Assembly (NCBI GenBank): GCA_052327205.1
Contig: CM126224.1
Location: forward strand, 27,962,001-28,026,000
Direction: 5' to 3'
From: Somniosus microcephalus
Taxonomy: Eukaryota
Length of the DNA: 64,000 nucleotides
Under the pieces are notes generated by a model. It was not told the DNA's origin. It was given only the letters and a program-made list of their open reading frames with translations, and did no database searches. Positions 39,974 through 50,463 of this stretch are shown piece by piece. How positions within the stretch are numbered: position 1 is the stretch's first letter; each line of letters starts with the position of its first letter. The translations under genes and the position numbers were made by a program.

Positions 39974-42197
39974 AGGATACATTTTTAAATAATTGTTTGA
40001 CTAATATGTATAAATTGTGCAATAAAATCTACACCCACCTTATAAAAATGCTCCATAGGGGGAAGGGGGGAAACAACATTTCATATTTTTAAATGTTCAG
40101 ATTTAGAAAGTACAAGATGCATTCTATTCTGAAGAAGTACTCGTGTCTCAGATTATTGCAGTTCTAAAATGGATGCACGTGAAAGTTGTTTTGTCACTTG
40201 CACCAGAAAGCAGCGTGGATTCCCACTACTTCCCTAAAGACTTATGTCCCTTGAGTACACGGCAGTCATGATACCACACAGGCACACATTGCGAGGCGGA
40301 TCAGGCTGATCCGACATGAGAGAATTTATTTCTGTTACTTTTCCAAATGCGCGGGTAGGAGCGGCGACTGACACCTGTTACATTTTCCAGGACTCTTATG
40401 AACCTTTTCGCCACAGCTGCAGAGTGCAAACGTTAGAACTATTTAATTATTGAAAAAAAAGTTAGAATGTTTCATTAAATGAGTTGAAATATCTGAATTT
40501 TAAATTAATGTGTTCCACACACGTTTTCTGTTTTGTAAAATCTGCTTAAGCTCATCCCATTAAAATGAAAGGAAAGAATTGATGAACATTCAGGTTTTTT
40601 CTTTGCCACTCTACATTTGCTGTTGATTTGAAAGGCCCACAATTTGCATTTTCTCAACGTTGAGAGCCAAGGTTATACCCTCTCTGGGCCACCGGGGGCA
40701 CCAGCTGTAACGTACACCAGCACGGACTGAGCTGAGCTACATGTGTATTCACCATTCACAGAGTGAACACAGACACATGAGCCCTAACCACTGCCAGCTG
40801 GATTCATATCTATCCACTAACTCATAGAACGTTTGCCAAAGAAGCGGCTCATTTTACCCATTGAGCTGCACTTGTCACTGGACCACTAGGTATGAGATGC
40901 TTTCTCACCAATGGACTGCCAAGACATGCTCAAAATACAGGAAGGCTTTAGGGAAATAGGTTTCATCGAGAAACAATTGGAAAAATAAAAAAGAAGCAAG
41001 AGTGGGTAGCCTACAGGGGAAAGTGTGAAACCTATCAAGGTTTTTTAGGGTTAATATAACAATGTGTTTTTTAAGTTTAAATGAAAAGGAATCCATGGAA
41101 GAGATTGAGATCCTGGAGCTACAATTGTACGCTAACATTTTCCATCAAGTAGGCTGTTGCAGTAGTTCACCGGTGGGATGCTCATAGCCAGTTAACAGTA
41201 TGCAGTGATTATTCTAATTCGTTATAAATGTCATGGGAACCAAAGAAGAAATCACCACAGTATCGGTTTAATATTCTTTAATCTTGCACTCCTACTTTTC
41301 TTGTTCGGATGTTGCTGAGTCCCATTCTTGTATTTCTTTAAGCAGCTGCTCTTGGGATGTCTGGTGGGTTATTAAAAAAAAAGCTGACTCATCAAAGAAC
41401 GAAAGGATTGGGTCAGAGTAGGGGCTTGTTACTGTTTGTACACATATTGTGCATCACACGAGGCAAACTGTGAGTCTATCCGTCAACAAGAAAATCTGGC
41501 CATGTTGCTCATTCAAAATAATCCCAAACGTGACAACATATGAAAATAATAAAGAATTCATTTTTAGTGTGGTTGTTCTTTCACAAACAAGTGTGATTTA
41601 CAACATGTGTGAGCTAAAGACCTGTGGTGGTCCTGTCTTCCAGGTGATGAAGTGTTTCATTTAATCACTATTTTATAATCCCAGGTAACAGCCTGAGATC
41701 TCATTACTCACATTTACTACACATCGTAGCAATCTAAATATCAATCAAATCCTTATTTCTTGGATCAATCAATCAGATTCTGGAGTTTTTTTTAAATTCC
41801 AGGATGATAACAAGCCAGCAGAACGGGTTCACAAAATAACCTGGGTTGGTTTGATGGATGTGGCCACATGATGTACATTCATTATTTTTTTCCCCCTCTC
41901 CTACAGGTGCTGACTTCACTGGAGTGCAGTTCGACAGGTGTCAGCAGCCCTCCAGTACATGAACGCTCATTCTTCACATCTGAGCTTAGGCAGCAGGTAA
42001 CGGCAGCCTGTTTAAACAGCGAGGCATGACTGCTGAGCCTGATCCGGTCCTCAGTTGGGAGTACAAATTCATCTAGGCTCGTATTCAGGCTCAGAGTCGG
42101 CAGCTGGGAGGCCCGAGGCTGGCCTCAAATTGGGCCTTGGGCCTCATTTCAATAACTTAGGTGCCTGTCGCGCCTCAGCAGGCAGCTCGCTCATTTA

Positions 42198-42667
42198 AAG
42201 AAAGAAAGACTTGCATTTATATAGCGCCTTCCACGACCACCAGATGTCTCAAAGCGCTTTACAGCCAATGAAGTACTTTTTGAAATGGAGTCACTGTTGT
42301 AATGAGGGAAATGCAGCAGCCAATTTGCGCACAGCAAGCTCCCACAAACAGCAATGTGATAATGACCAGATAATCTGTTTTAGTGATGTTGATTGAGGGA
42401 TAAATATTGGCCAGAACACCGGGGATAACTCCCCCGCTCTTCTTCGAAATAGTGCCATGGGATCTTTTACGTCCACCTGAGAGAGCAGACGGGGCCTCGG
42501 TTTAACGTCTCATCCAAAAGACGGCACCTCCGACAGTGCAGCACTCCCTCGGCACTGCACTGGAGTGTCAGCCTAGATTTATGTCCTCAGGTCCCTGGAG
42601 TGGGACTTGAACCCACAATCTTCTGACTCAGAGGCGAGTGTGCTACCAAGTGAGCCACAGCTGACAC
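42198..42667 (-). mobile_element. Full-length Deu-domain tRNA-SINE (SacSINE1/AmnSINE1-related)
   Basis: tRNA head with B box GGTTCAAGTCC, Deu core (ctgtcggaggtgccgtc...gagacgttaaaccgaggccccgtctg) and a (CTTT)n tail. Confidence 0.9.
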
Positions 42668-42947
42668 TTAACATGAACATTGGGCTGGTTGCCTCACTAG
42701 CAGCCGCCCGAAGGTAAGACCGTGGGGTGGGGGAGAGCGGGTACAACAAGTCAGGGTTTGATCACGAGTGCTGTGGAGACAGGAGGGCACTCCAGCTCCT
42801 TCTGGCTCCACAGCAATGTCGATTAATAGATTAAAAAATAATTCACTTATATTTCGTGGGAGGCCGCTGAAGAATTCAAATCGGAGCAGGCCCAGCACCT
42901 GCTCCGCTAATCGTCAACTAATCTCCGCCAGGGGACCCAAAACAGAT

Positions 42948-43126
42948 GTTAGGCTCCTCATGTACAAAGGTTAGGCTCATGTACAGAGGTTAGGCTCCTC
43001 GTGCACAAAGGTTAGGCTCCTCGTGCACAGAGGTTAGGCTCCTCGTGCACAGAGGTTAGGCTCCTCGTGCACAGAGGTTAGGCTCCTCGTGCACAGAGGT
43101 TAGGCTCCTCGTTGACAGAGGTTAGG
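42948..43126. repeat. Minisatellite, 22-bp unit gttaggctcctcgtgcacagag, 8 copies
   Basis: Direct count. One unit is 19 bp; there are no spacers. Confidence 0.95.
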
Positions 43127-43585
43127 GGCCTAATGCCAGTTTTAAACGGCCTTTTGGAACACCGCCAAAGCCGCATTTACTAACAAGGCGGAACCCGTAA
43201 TGCAGGAGCCGATCAAGCGTGGGACGTTGCACCCTCAAAATTGGTCCTTTTTGTCCCTGTTTTACAGGCGCAACGAAGACCAATTTCTACCCGTTGATGT
43301 CCGCGCAAGAGCACTTTCCAGCAGCAACCATTGGATGGGGATCAGAACCCTGTCTAATTTGGATCCTCCTTAGCTCCTAGTTTCTCAGTATCTCTGTATT
43401 ATAGTGTCTCTCAGTGCCTCTGTATTATAGAGTGTCTCTGTATTAGTGTGTCTCTGTATTATAGAGTGTCTCTGTATTAGTGTGTCTCTCTATTACCGTG
43501 TGTCTCTCTATTACCGTGTGTCTCTCTATTACCGTGTGTCTCAGTGTCTCTGTATTATAGTGTCTGTCTCAGTGCCTCTGTATTT

Positions 43586-44777
43586 TCCTCTTCTTAGGCA
43601 GTCCCTCGGAACCGAGGATGACTTGCTTCCACATTAAAAATGAGTTCGCAGGTGACTGATGAGTCCAATGCGGGACCGACAGTCTCTGTCACAGGTGGGG
43701 CAGACAGTGGTTGAAGGGGCGGGTGGGGTGCTTGGGTTGACGTGCGCTCCTTGCGCTGCCTGTGCTTGGCTTCCGGTTGCTCCCGGCGAACAGACTCGAG
43801 GTGTTCGGCGCCTTCCCGGATGCTTCTCCTCCACTTTGTGCAGTCTTGGGCCAATGGATTTGCAGGATGTTGCGGACGCAGCGTTGGTGGTACCTCTCCA
43901 GTGCTTTGAGGTGCCTGCTGTACATGGTCCATGTCTCTGAGGCATACAGCAGGGCGGGTATCACTGCTGCCCTGTAGACCATGAGCTTAGTGCCGGGTTT
44001 GAGGTCCTGGTCTCTTCCTCAGGCGACCGAAGGCTGCACTGGCACACTGAAGGCGGTGTTGGACTTCGTCGTCGACGTCTGCCCTTGTTGACAGTAGGCT
44101 CCCGAGGTACGGAAAGTGGTCCACGTTGTTCAAGGCCTTGTCGTGGATTTTGATAATCGGGGGGCAGTACAGTGTGGTGGGGGCAGGTTGGTCGAGGACC
44201 TTTGTCTTACGGATGCTCTCGTACACTTCGGTGAAGGTGTTGACGATGGTTTGGAGTTCGACCTCCGAGTGAGCGCAGACGCAAGCGTCGTCTGCATACT
44301 GTAATTCGACGACAGAGGATGGGACGACCTTGGATCTGGACTGGAGGCGACGGAGGTTGAACAGTTTCCCGTTTGTTCTGTAAATTAGCTCCACTTCAGC
44401 GGGGAGCTTACTGAGGGCGAGATGGAGTATTGCAGCAAGGAAGATCGAGAAGAGCATTGGTGCGATGACACAGCCTTGCCTGACCCCGGTTCGTACGTGA
44501 ATTGAGTCTGTGGTGGAACCGGTCAGGATCACGGCTTGCATGTCGTCGTGAAGCAGGCGGAGGATGGTGACAAACTTTTGAGGGCAGCTGAATTTGAGGA
44601 GGGCACTCCATAATCCCTCACAGTTGACAGTGTCGAAGGCCTTTGTGAGATCAAAGAAGGCTATGTATAGCGGTTAGCGCTGTTCCTGCATTTCTTTTGT
44701 AATTGACGTGCGGTGAAGATCATGTCCATTGTGCCCCTTAGTAGGCGGAATCCGCAATGTGGATTCCGCCCACTAAG
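43586..44777 (-). mobile_element. RTE-clade LINE fragment with RT domain
   Basis: GVRQGCVIAPMLF, LQYADD and FPYLGS motifs plus the C-terminal C2H2 finger. Frameshifts and an internal deletion. Confidence 0.94.
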
Positions 44778-45190
44778 TGTGTGTCTCAGTATTATAGTGT
44801 GTCTCAGTGTCTCTGTATTATAGTCTCTCAGTGTCTCTGTATTATAGTGTCTCAGTGTCTCTGTCTTATAGTGTGTCTCAGTATTATAGTGTCTGTGTCT
44901 CTGTATTATACTGTGTCTCAGTATTATAGTGTGTCTCAGTATTATAGTGTGTCTCAGTATTATAGTGTCTCAGTGTCTCAGTATTATAGTGTCTCTCGGT
45001 GTCTCAGTATTATAGTGTCTCTCAGTGTCTCTGTATTATAGTGTCTCTGTATTATGGTGTCTCTCAGTGTCTCTATTATAGTGTGTCTCAGTATTATAGT
45101 GTCTCTCGGTGTCTCTGTATTATGGTGTCTCTCAGTGTCTCTATTATAGTGTGTCTCAGTGTCTCTGTATTATAGTGTGTCTCTGTATTA

Positions 45191-45508
45191 CAGGAAACTT
45201 TCGATTTACCGGCATCTAAATAACCGGAAATCTCGGTTAACCGGCAAAATTCAGGAGTAGGTTCAGGTAACTTTTATTACTTGCCTTCCTCCATGTGTTG
45301 CTGTGCAAGGGTGTGGCTGCAGCTGTTACTAAGCTACAGAGACACTTGCAACTTGTGGCCATTGTTTTGAAGCTGTAGCAACAGGGTTTGTTGCTTTATA
45401 CGGAGCTCTCAGCTCCGTATCTTTTACTATAGTGTTCGGTTATCCGGAATTTTTGATGAACCGGCACCACGTCGGTCCCGTCCGTGCCGGATAAAAAAAA
45501 GTTTCCTG
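45191..45508. mobile_element. Tigger/pogo-like MITE
   Basis: TA|caggaaacttt...aaagtttcctg|TA. Removing it plus one TA restores the array unit ctgtattatagtg. Confidence 0.85.
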
Positions 45509-45892
45509 TATAGTGTCTCTATTATAGTGTGTCTCAGTGTCTCTGTATTATAGTATGTCTCTGTGTTTCTGTACATAGAAGGCCTATTGGTTCAATGTGC
45601 CTATGCCAGTTCTCTGAGTTAACTGCCACTTAGTCTCATTCCCCTGCTCTGTTCCCACACACTTTTTTTTAAAACAATCTCCACGCCCTTTTAACTTTAT
45701 ATTTTTCGGATAATTATCCAATTCTGTTTTACAAGCTATTATTTATGGATTAAGATTCCACCACTGTTTCTGGTGGGGCATTGGATGTCCTAAGACCCTC
45801 TGCATTAAAGGACAACATTTCCAAACCTCTCCTTTCATTCTTTGGGCCATGATCTTAAAATATATATCCTCTACTTGTTGAATCACTGACCA

Positions 45893-46140
45893 ACAACAAC
45901 AACATCATCCTACTTTTATATAGCACATTTAATGTAGCAAAACGTCCCAAGGCGCTTAAAAGAGCGATATCAATAAAAACATTTTTGACAGCGAGCCACA
46001 GAAGGAGATATCAGGACAGATGACCAAAAGCTTGGTCAAATGGGTTGGTTTTAAGGAACATCTTACAGGAGGAGAGAGAGGTAGAGAGGTGGAAAGGTTT
46101 AAGGAGGGAATTCTAGAGCTTCGGGCCAAGGCAGCTGAAA
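45893..46140 (-). mobile_element. L2-type LINE 3' end
   Basis: (AAC)n terminus and ttttatatagcac...aaaacgtcccaaggcgctt tail, which is related to the Deu-SINE tail. Confidence 0.65.
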
Positions 46141-46761
46141 GCAGTGGAATTAGTTTGTCTCAATCTACTTTATTGAAGCCATTCATAATTTTAAACACCT
46201 CTATTAAGCCGCCCCTTAACCTTTTTTGTTCTAATGAAAAGGGCTCCAGTATCTCTAGTCTCTCCTCATAACTGAAGCCACTCATCCCTGGGATTATTTT
46301 AGTGAATCTCCCCTGCAACTTTCCAGGGCCTTGATGTCCTTCCTAAAGTAGGGTGCCCACAACTGAACACAATTTTCTAACTCTGGCCTAACTAATGATT
46401 TGTAAAGGGTTAGCATTATCTCTTTGCTATTGTACTCTACACCCCTATTTATAAAACCTAGGGTTTCATTTCTTTTTTAAAACAGCTTTATCAATTTGCC
46501 CTCCAACTTTTAAAGATATATACATCTGAACCCTTAAGTCTTTCTGCTCCTCTGAGTTTTACCGTTTTTTGTATATTTCCTCTTACCTTCCTCCCAAATT
46601 ACATCACTTCACATTTCCTCAAATAACTCTATTAAAATTATCGGACACGACTTGCCTTTTATGTTGGTTGTCCTTAATTAACCCATGTCTCTTATAGGTG
46701 AGTATTCGTTTTATCCTGTATTATGACGCTAGAAGCTTAACTACTACTGATGTAGGTACCT

Positions 46762-47175
46762 ACGAGACTGCCAAAACAAGTGCTCTACTCTGAGCTCCGA
46801 CACGGCAAGAGAACCCCAGGTGGGCAGAAGAAACGCTTCAAGGACACCCTCAAAGCCTCCTTGAAAAAGTGCAACATCCCCACTGACACCTGGGAATCCC
46901 TGGCCCAAGACCGCACAAAGTGGAGGAGAAGCATCCGGGAAGGCGCCGAACACCTCGAGTCTCTTCGTCGGGAGCAAGCGGAAGCCAAGCGCAAACAGTG
47001 GAAGGAGCGCATGTCAACCCAAGCACCCCACCCCCCCGCCCCTTCAACCACCGTCTGCCCCACCTGTGACAGAGACTGTAGGTCCCCCATTGGACTCATC
47101 AGTCACCTGAGAACTCATTTTAGTGTGGAAGCAAGTCATCCTCAGTTCCCGAGGGACTGCCTAAGAAGAAGAAGA
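46762..47175 (+). mobile_element. RTE-clade LINE 3' fragment
   Basis: LYSELRHGKRTPGGQKKRFKDTLKASLK and the C2H2 finger, then an (AAG)n tail. Approximate TSD aggtaccta / agttaccta. Confidence 0.92.
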
Positions 47176-48005
47176 CAGTTACCTAATTTGTCCAATTCTC
47201 CCTTTTTGAACAGAGATGTTACCTTGGCAACCCAATAATCTTCTGGCAAAACTTCTATATTTAAAGGGTATTTGAAAGATTGTGGCCCGAGCCGCTGCGA
47301 TTTCCTCTCTGACTTCCCTCACCATTCGTAGATGCCTGTCATCAGGGCTCAGTGCCTTTTACACTTGAGTTTCAACAATATTGTTCACTATTACTTCCTT
47401 ATCTATAGTCATCCTGTTGAACTGTTCACCTCCTCCTCTTGTACCCTTTTATTTCCAATACCACATTCTTCTGTAATAAATGATGGTAGGAAAGTTACTC
47501 ATTAAATATCTCTCTACCCTTCTTTTATCCCCCATAAGATCTCCAATTGGCCCTACCATTTCTTTAACTGTTCTTCTACATTTTAGGTGTTTATAAAATC
47601 CTTTACTATTTCCCTTTATATTACTTGGCAATCTTTCTTCATACCTGCTCTTAGCCTTCCTGCTTCCCTTCTGTATTTGGCTTGATTTTCTGTTGTATAA
47701 TTAGCTGTAGATTTATCGAATGTCTCTTTTTAAGTCTCTCTTTAATTTTAATTTCTCTAGTCATCCAAGGAACTCTAGCTTTTGCTGCAATTCCCTTAAT
47801 TCTCATGTCTGTGCCTTTCTAACTGTCGATTATAGAGTAAGGTAATTTTTCAAGCCCTCACAGCATTGGTGGGGCCTTGCACACAGCCAGCAGGTACTGC
47901 AAAATTGTGAGCACTGTGCGGCTGTGATTTCCCGACTAATGCTCCTTACAAGCACCGTTCTGTGCCAGAAGTGTCCGATCAGGGAATCACTGTGTAACTC
48001 TTCCA

Positions 48006-48290
48006 GTGTCTCTTCACTGTGTACATCTCTCAGTGTCTTTTCACTGTGTAAATCTCTGTGTCTCTTACACCATATACATCTTCCAGTATCTCTTCACTAA
48101 ATACATCTCTCAGTGGTCCTGCACTGTGGACATCTCTCAGTGGTTCTGCACTGTGGACATCTCTCAGGGTCCCTGTACTGTGGACATCTCTCAGTGGTTC
48201 TGTACTGTGGACATCTCTCAGGGTCTCTGCACTGTGGACATCTCTCAGGGTCTCTGCACTGTGGACATCTCTCAGTGTCTCTACACCACT
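48006..48290. repeat. Minisatellite, 27-bp unit (cactgtggacatctctcagtggttctg)
   Basis: About six good and several degenerate copies. It produces the spurious CTVDISQ repeats in the ORF track. Confidence 0.92.
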
Positions 48291-48929
48291 ATCCTTATCA
48301 ATGTGTGCATCTACTCTTGGGTATTGTGTGTTCAGGTCCCTGTTATAGCAGGTTTCAAAACACATCAAATATGATAATTGTAAAGCAAGACTAAATTGCA
48401 CAGGTCTTTCAAAGTGTAAAACAGAACTGCAGCAGTATATCTGTAAACACAACACCCACTAAAAATAGAAAATGAAAGAAAACAATGTGAAAACAGCTCT
48501 TCTTAGAGCTAAGCATTAGCTTTGTACTTGCATATGCTAACCTGAAATTATAATACATCAAAAGACTAGGAATATGAGCTTTGTCCTCAACAGCTGTGTT
48601 GCAGAATGCCTTGTTTTAATTGGAAACAAACCAAATGCTGTATATCCCAGATTTACTCAGCACTTTGTGACTGTTTTGCGGTCTGCTTGACAATCTTTTT
48701 TTGCTGCTTTTCTGGGAATGTGCCAGGTGGGTGTCTTATACAACAGACAAACATATTATTTACAGAGGCAGCTTCCCCAACGGGACTCTCAACAGAGCCA
48801 TTCCAGTCCCGACCCAGTCACACCTGGTGACCCCAAAGCACAAAACATATTTACTGGCAATAAGTCATGTTGGGACCTGCGATTTGAGCTTTATTCCAGG
48901 AGGAGGAAGGGGGGAAAAAAACGTAAGCA

Positions 48930-49529
48930 ATCAACTAGAGTATAAAAGCAGGGAAGTCCTGCTACAACTGTACAGGGTATTGGTGAGACCACACCTTGAG
49001 CACTGCGTACAGTTTTAGTCTCCTTATTTAAGGAAGGATATACTTGCAATGGAGGCAGTTCAGAGACGATTCACTAGGTTAATTCCAGAGATGAGGGGGT
49101 TGACTTATGAGGAAAGGTTGAGCAGGCTGGGCCTATACTCATTGGAATTTAGAAGGAGGTGATCTTATTGAAACATATAAGATACTGAGGGGGCTCGACA
49201 AGGTAGATGCAGAGAGGATGTTTCCCCTTGTGGGGAAATCTAGAACGCGGGGGCATAGTTTTAGAATAAAGGGTCGCCCTTTTAGAACTGAGATGAGGAG
49301 GAATTTCTTCTCTCAGAGGGTCGTAAATCTGTGGAATTCTCTGCCCCAGAGAGCCGTGGAGGCTGGGTCATTAAATACATTTCATTTTTGCAAGATAAGG
49401 GAGTGAAGGGTTATGGGGAGTGGACGGAGAAGTGGCTTTGAGCCCAAGATCAGCCATGATCTTATTGAATGGCGGAGCAGGCTCGAGGGGCCAAGTGGCC
49501 CATTCCTGCTCCTATTTCTTATGTTCTTA
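48930..49529 (+). mobile_element. CR1/HER1-type LINE 3' fragment
   Basis: LEYKSREVLLQLYRVLVRPHLEHC and FFSQRVVNLWNSLP, followed by the CR1 tail. Confidence 0.92.
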
Positions 49530-49574
49530 ACTAGCGATCTATGGTTTAAAAGTGGTCACATCCTAAATAATTGT

Positions 49575-49765
49575 TGTAGTGTATGTACTTTGCAGAAGGA
49601 ACTATATTCTGCAGCCCCTGTATACTGCAGTACCAGTAGTGACCACCCCTGTATATAAGCCTGTGTAGTAACTTTGCATAGTTAGTTCCAGTTTGTCTCC
49701 ACTCAGTAAAGACCTGTTATAACCAACTCCTGCAGTCCGTGTCTCAATTACACATGGATATAATA
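49575..49765 (+). repeat. 5' LTR (191 bp)
   Basis: Direct repeat of 54516-54706 with 6 substitutions by my count. Contains TATATAA. Confidence 0.95.
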
Positions 49766-49766
49766 C

Positions 49767-49776
49767 TGGCGACGAG
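49767..49776 (+). promoter_or_regulatory. Primer-binding site, probably tRNA-Ser(GCU)
   Basis: TGGCGACGAG lies 1 nt after the LTR and is complementary to a tRNA 3' end CUCGUCGCCA. Confidence 0.75.
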
Positions 49777-50463
49777 CAGATCCGAACTTACCTACAGTCT
49801 GCACCACCTCATGGGGATCCATCCCTGAAGCGAAGTTGTCAGAGGTCGAGGCCAGAAGGAAGAAAGAAAAAAACCAAACAGAAGAAACGGGCGTCGACCG
49901 TGGGCAACCGCCTCTGATTCATCGGAGTGAAAGATTTGCAGGAGAGGCTGTCGAGAGCGGGGCTTGGTTATCCTGTCGATGGTGTTCCAGCTAATCGGGC
50001 TGGTGGCAGGTAGTACACTGATCCTTCCTGGGCTGCGGCGGGCCAGAGCTCGATTGGGTGGCTTTTCAACGGGGCCGAGCAGCGTTGTCGGGAAGAGAGA
50101 GAGAGAGAGAGAGAGAGAGGGTGGAGCACACAGGGCGCGGCCGGTGCTACGAAGCCGGGCAGCATACAGGCCCGAGAAGAGGGAGGAAAGTGTCCCGCAG
50201 GGTTGCTCCGACGATGGGGAAATAAAAGAAATTAGAAGCGCGGAAAGCCGCGAGGAGCTGCAGTTTGCCACGGGAACCGCGGAGAGCGGCGTTAGCAGCA
50301 GTGCGGGGGGAAGTGCGCGAAGACTATAGGGCGTCGCCATCAAGGCATAAAACGCCAGCAACAGCGCTAGCAGCAGCGGAGAAGACGGAAAGCGCGGGAG
50401 GCGCCATTTTGTTAAATCGGGGAAGAAGGCAAAGCGCGGGAGGCGCCATCTTAGATTTCCAAT

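Larger units (their letters stand above)
42057..43292. mobile_element. MITE, PIF/Harbinger-like, containing a SINE and a minisatellite
   Basis: GTT on both flanks (3-bp TSD). Imperfect TIRs gggagtacaaattcatct / agaccaatttctaccc. Confidence 0.6.
41905..43380 (-). mobile_element. Unclassified SINE-like repeat split by a MITE (parts 41905-42056 and 43296-43380)
   Basis: Joining cctgatccggtcctca to gatgtcc...cactttccagcag...cattggat reproduces the order seen in the copy at 62830-62930. Confidence 0.55.
43381..45572. repeat. Compound low-complexity tandem array (gtgtctc[agt/tgt]attata variants), interrupted by an RTE and a MITE
   Basis: Array segments at about 43381-43585, 44778-45190 and 45509-45572. 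Confidence 0.9.
45573..47810 (-). mobile_element. Degraded CR1-type LINE in pieces (about 45573-45890, 46141-46620, 47190-47810), interrupted by L2 and RTE fragments
   Basis: CR1 tail and ORF2 blocks in collinear order. NIKGNSKGFYKHLKCRR...VGP at 47449-47631. Confidence 0.7.

Noticed and set aside
42948-43126. CRISPR-like repeat array
   Set aside because: Units are head-to-tail with no unique spacers, there are no cas genes, and the context is a vertebrate intron.
48006-48455. Repetitive ORFs (CTVDISQ / LHCGHLS / LRDVHS) as a Cys/His-rich protein
   Set aside because: Several frames on both strands are open only because the 27-bp unit lacks stops.
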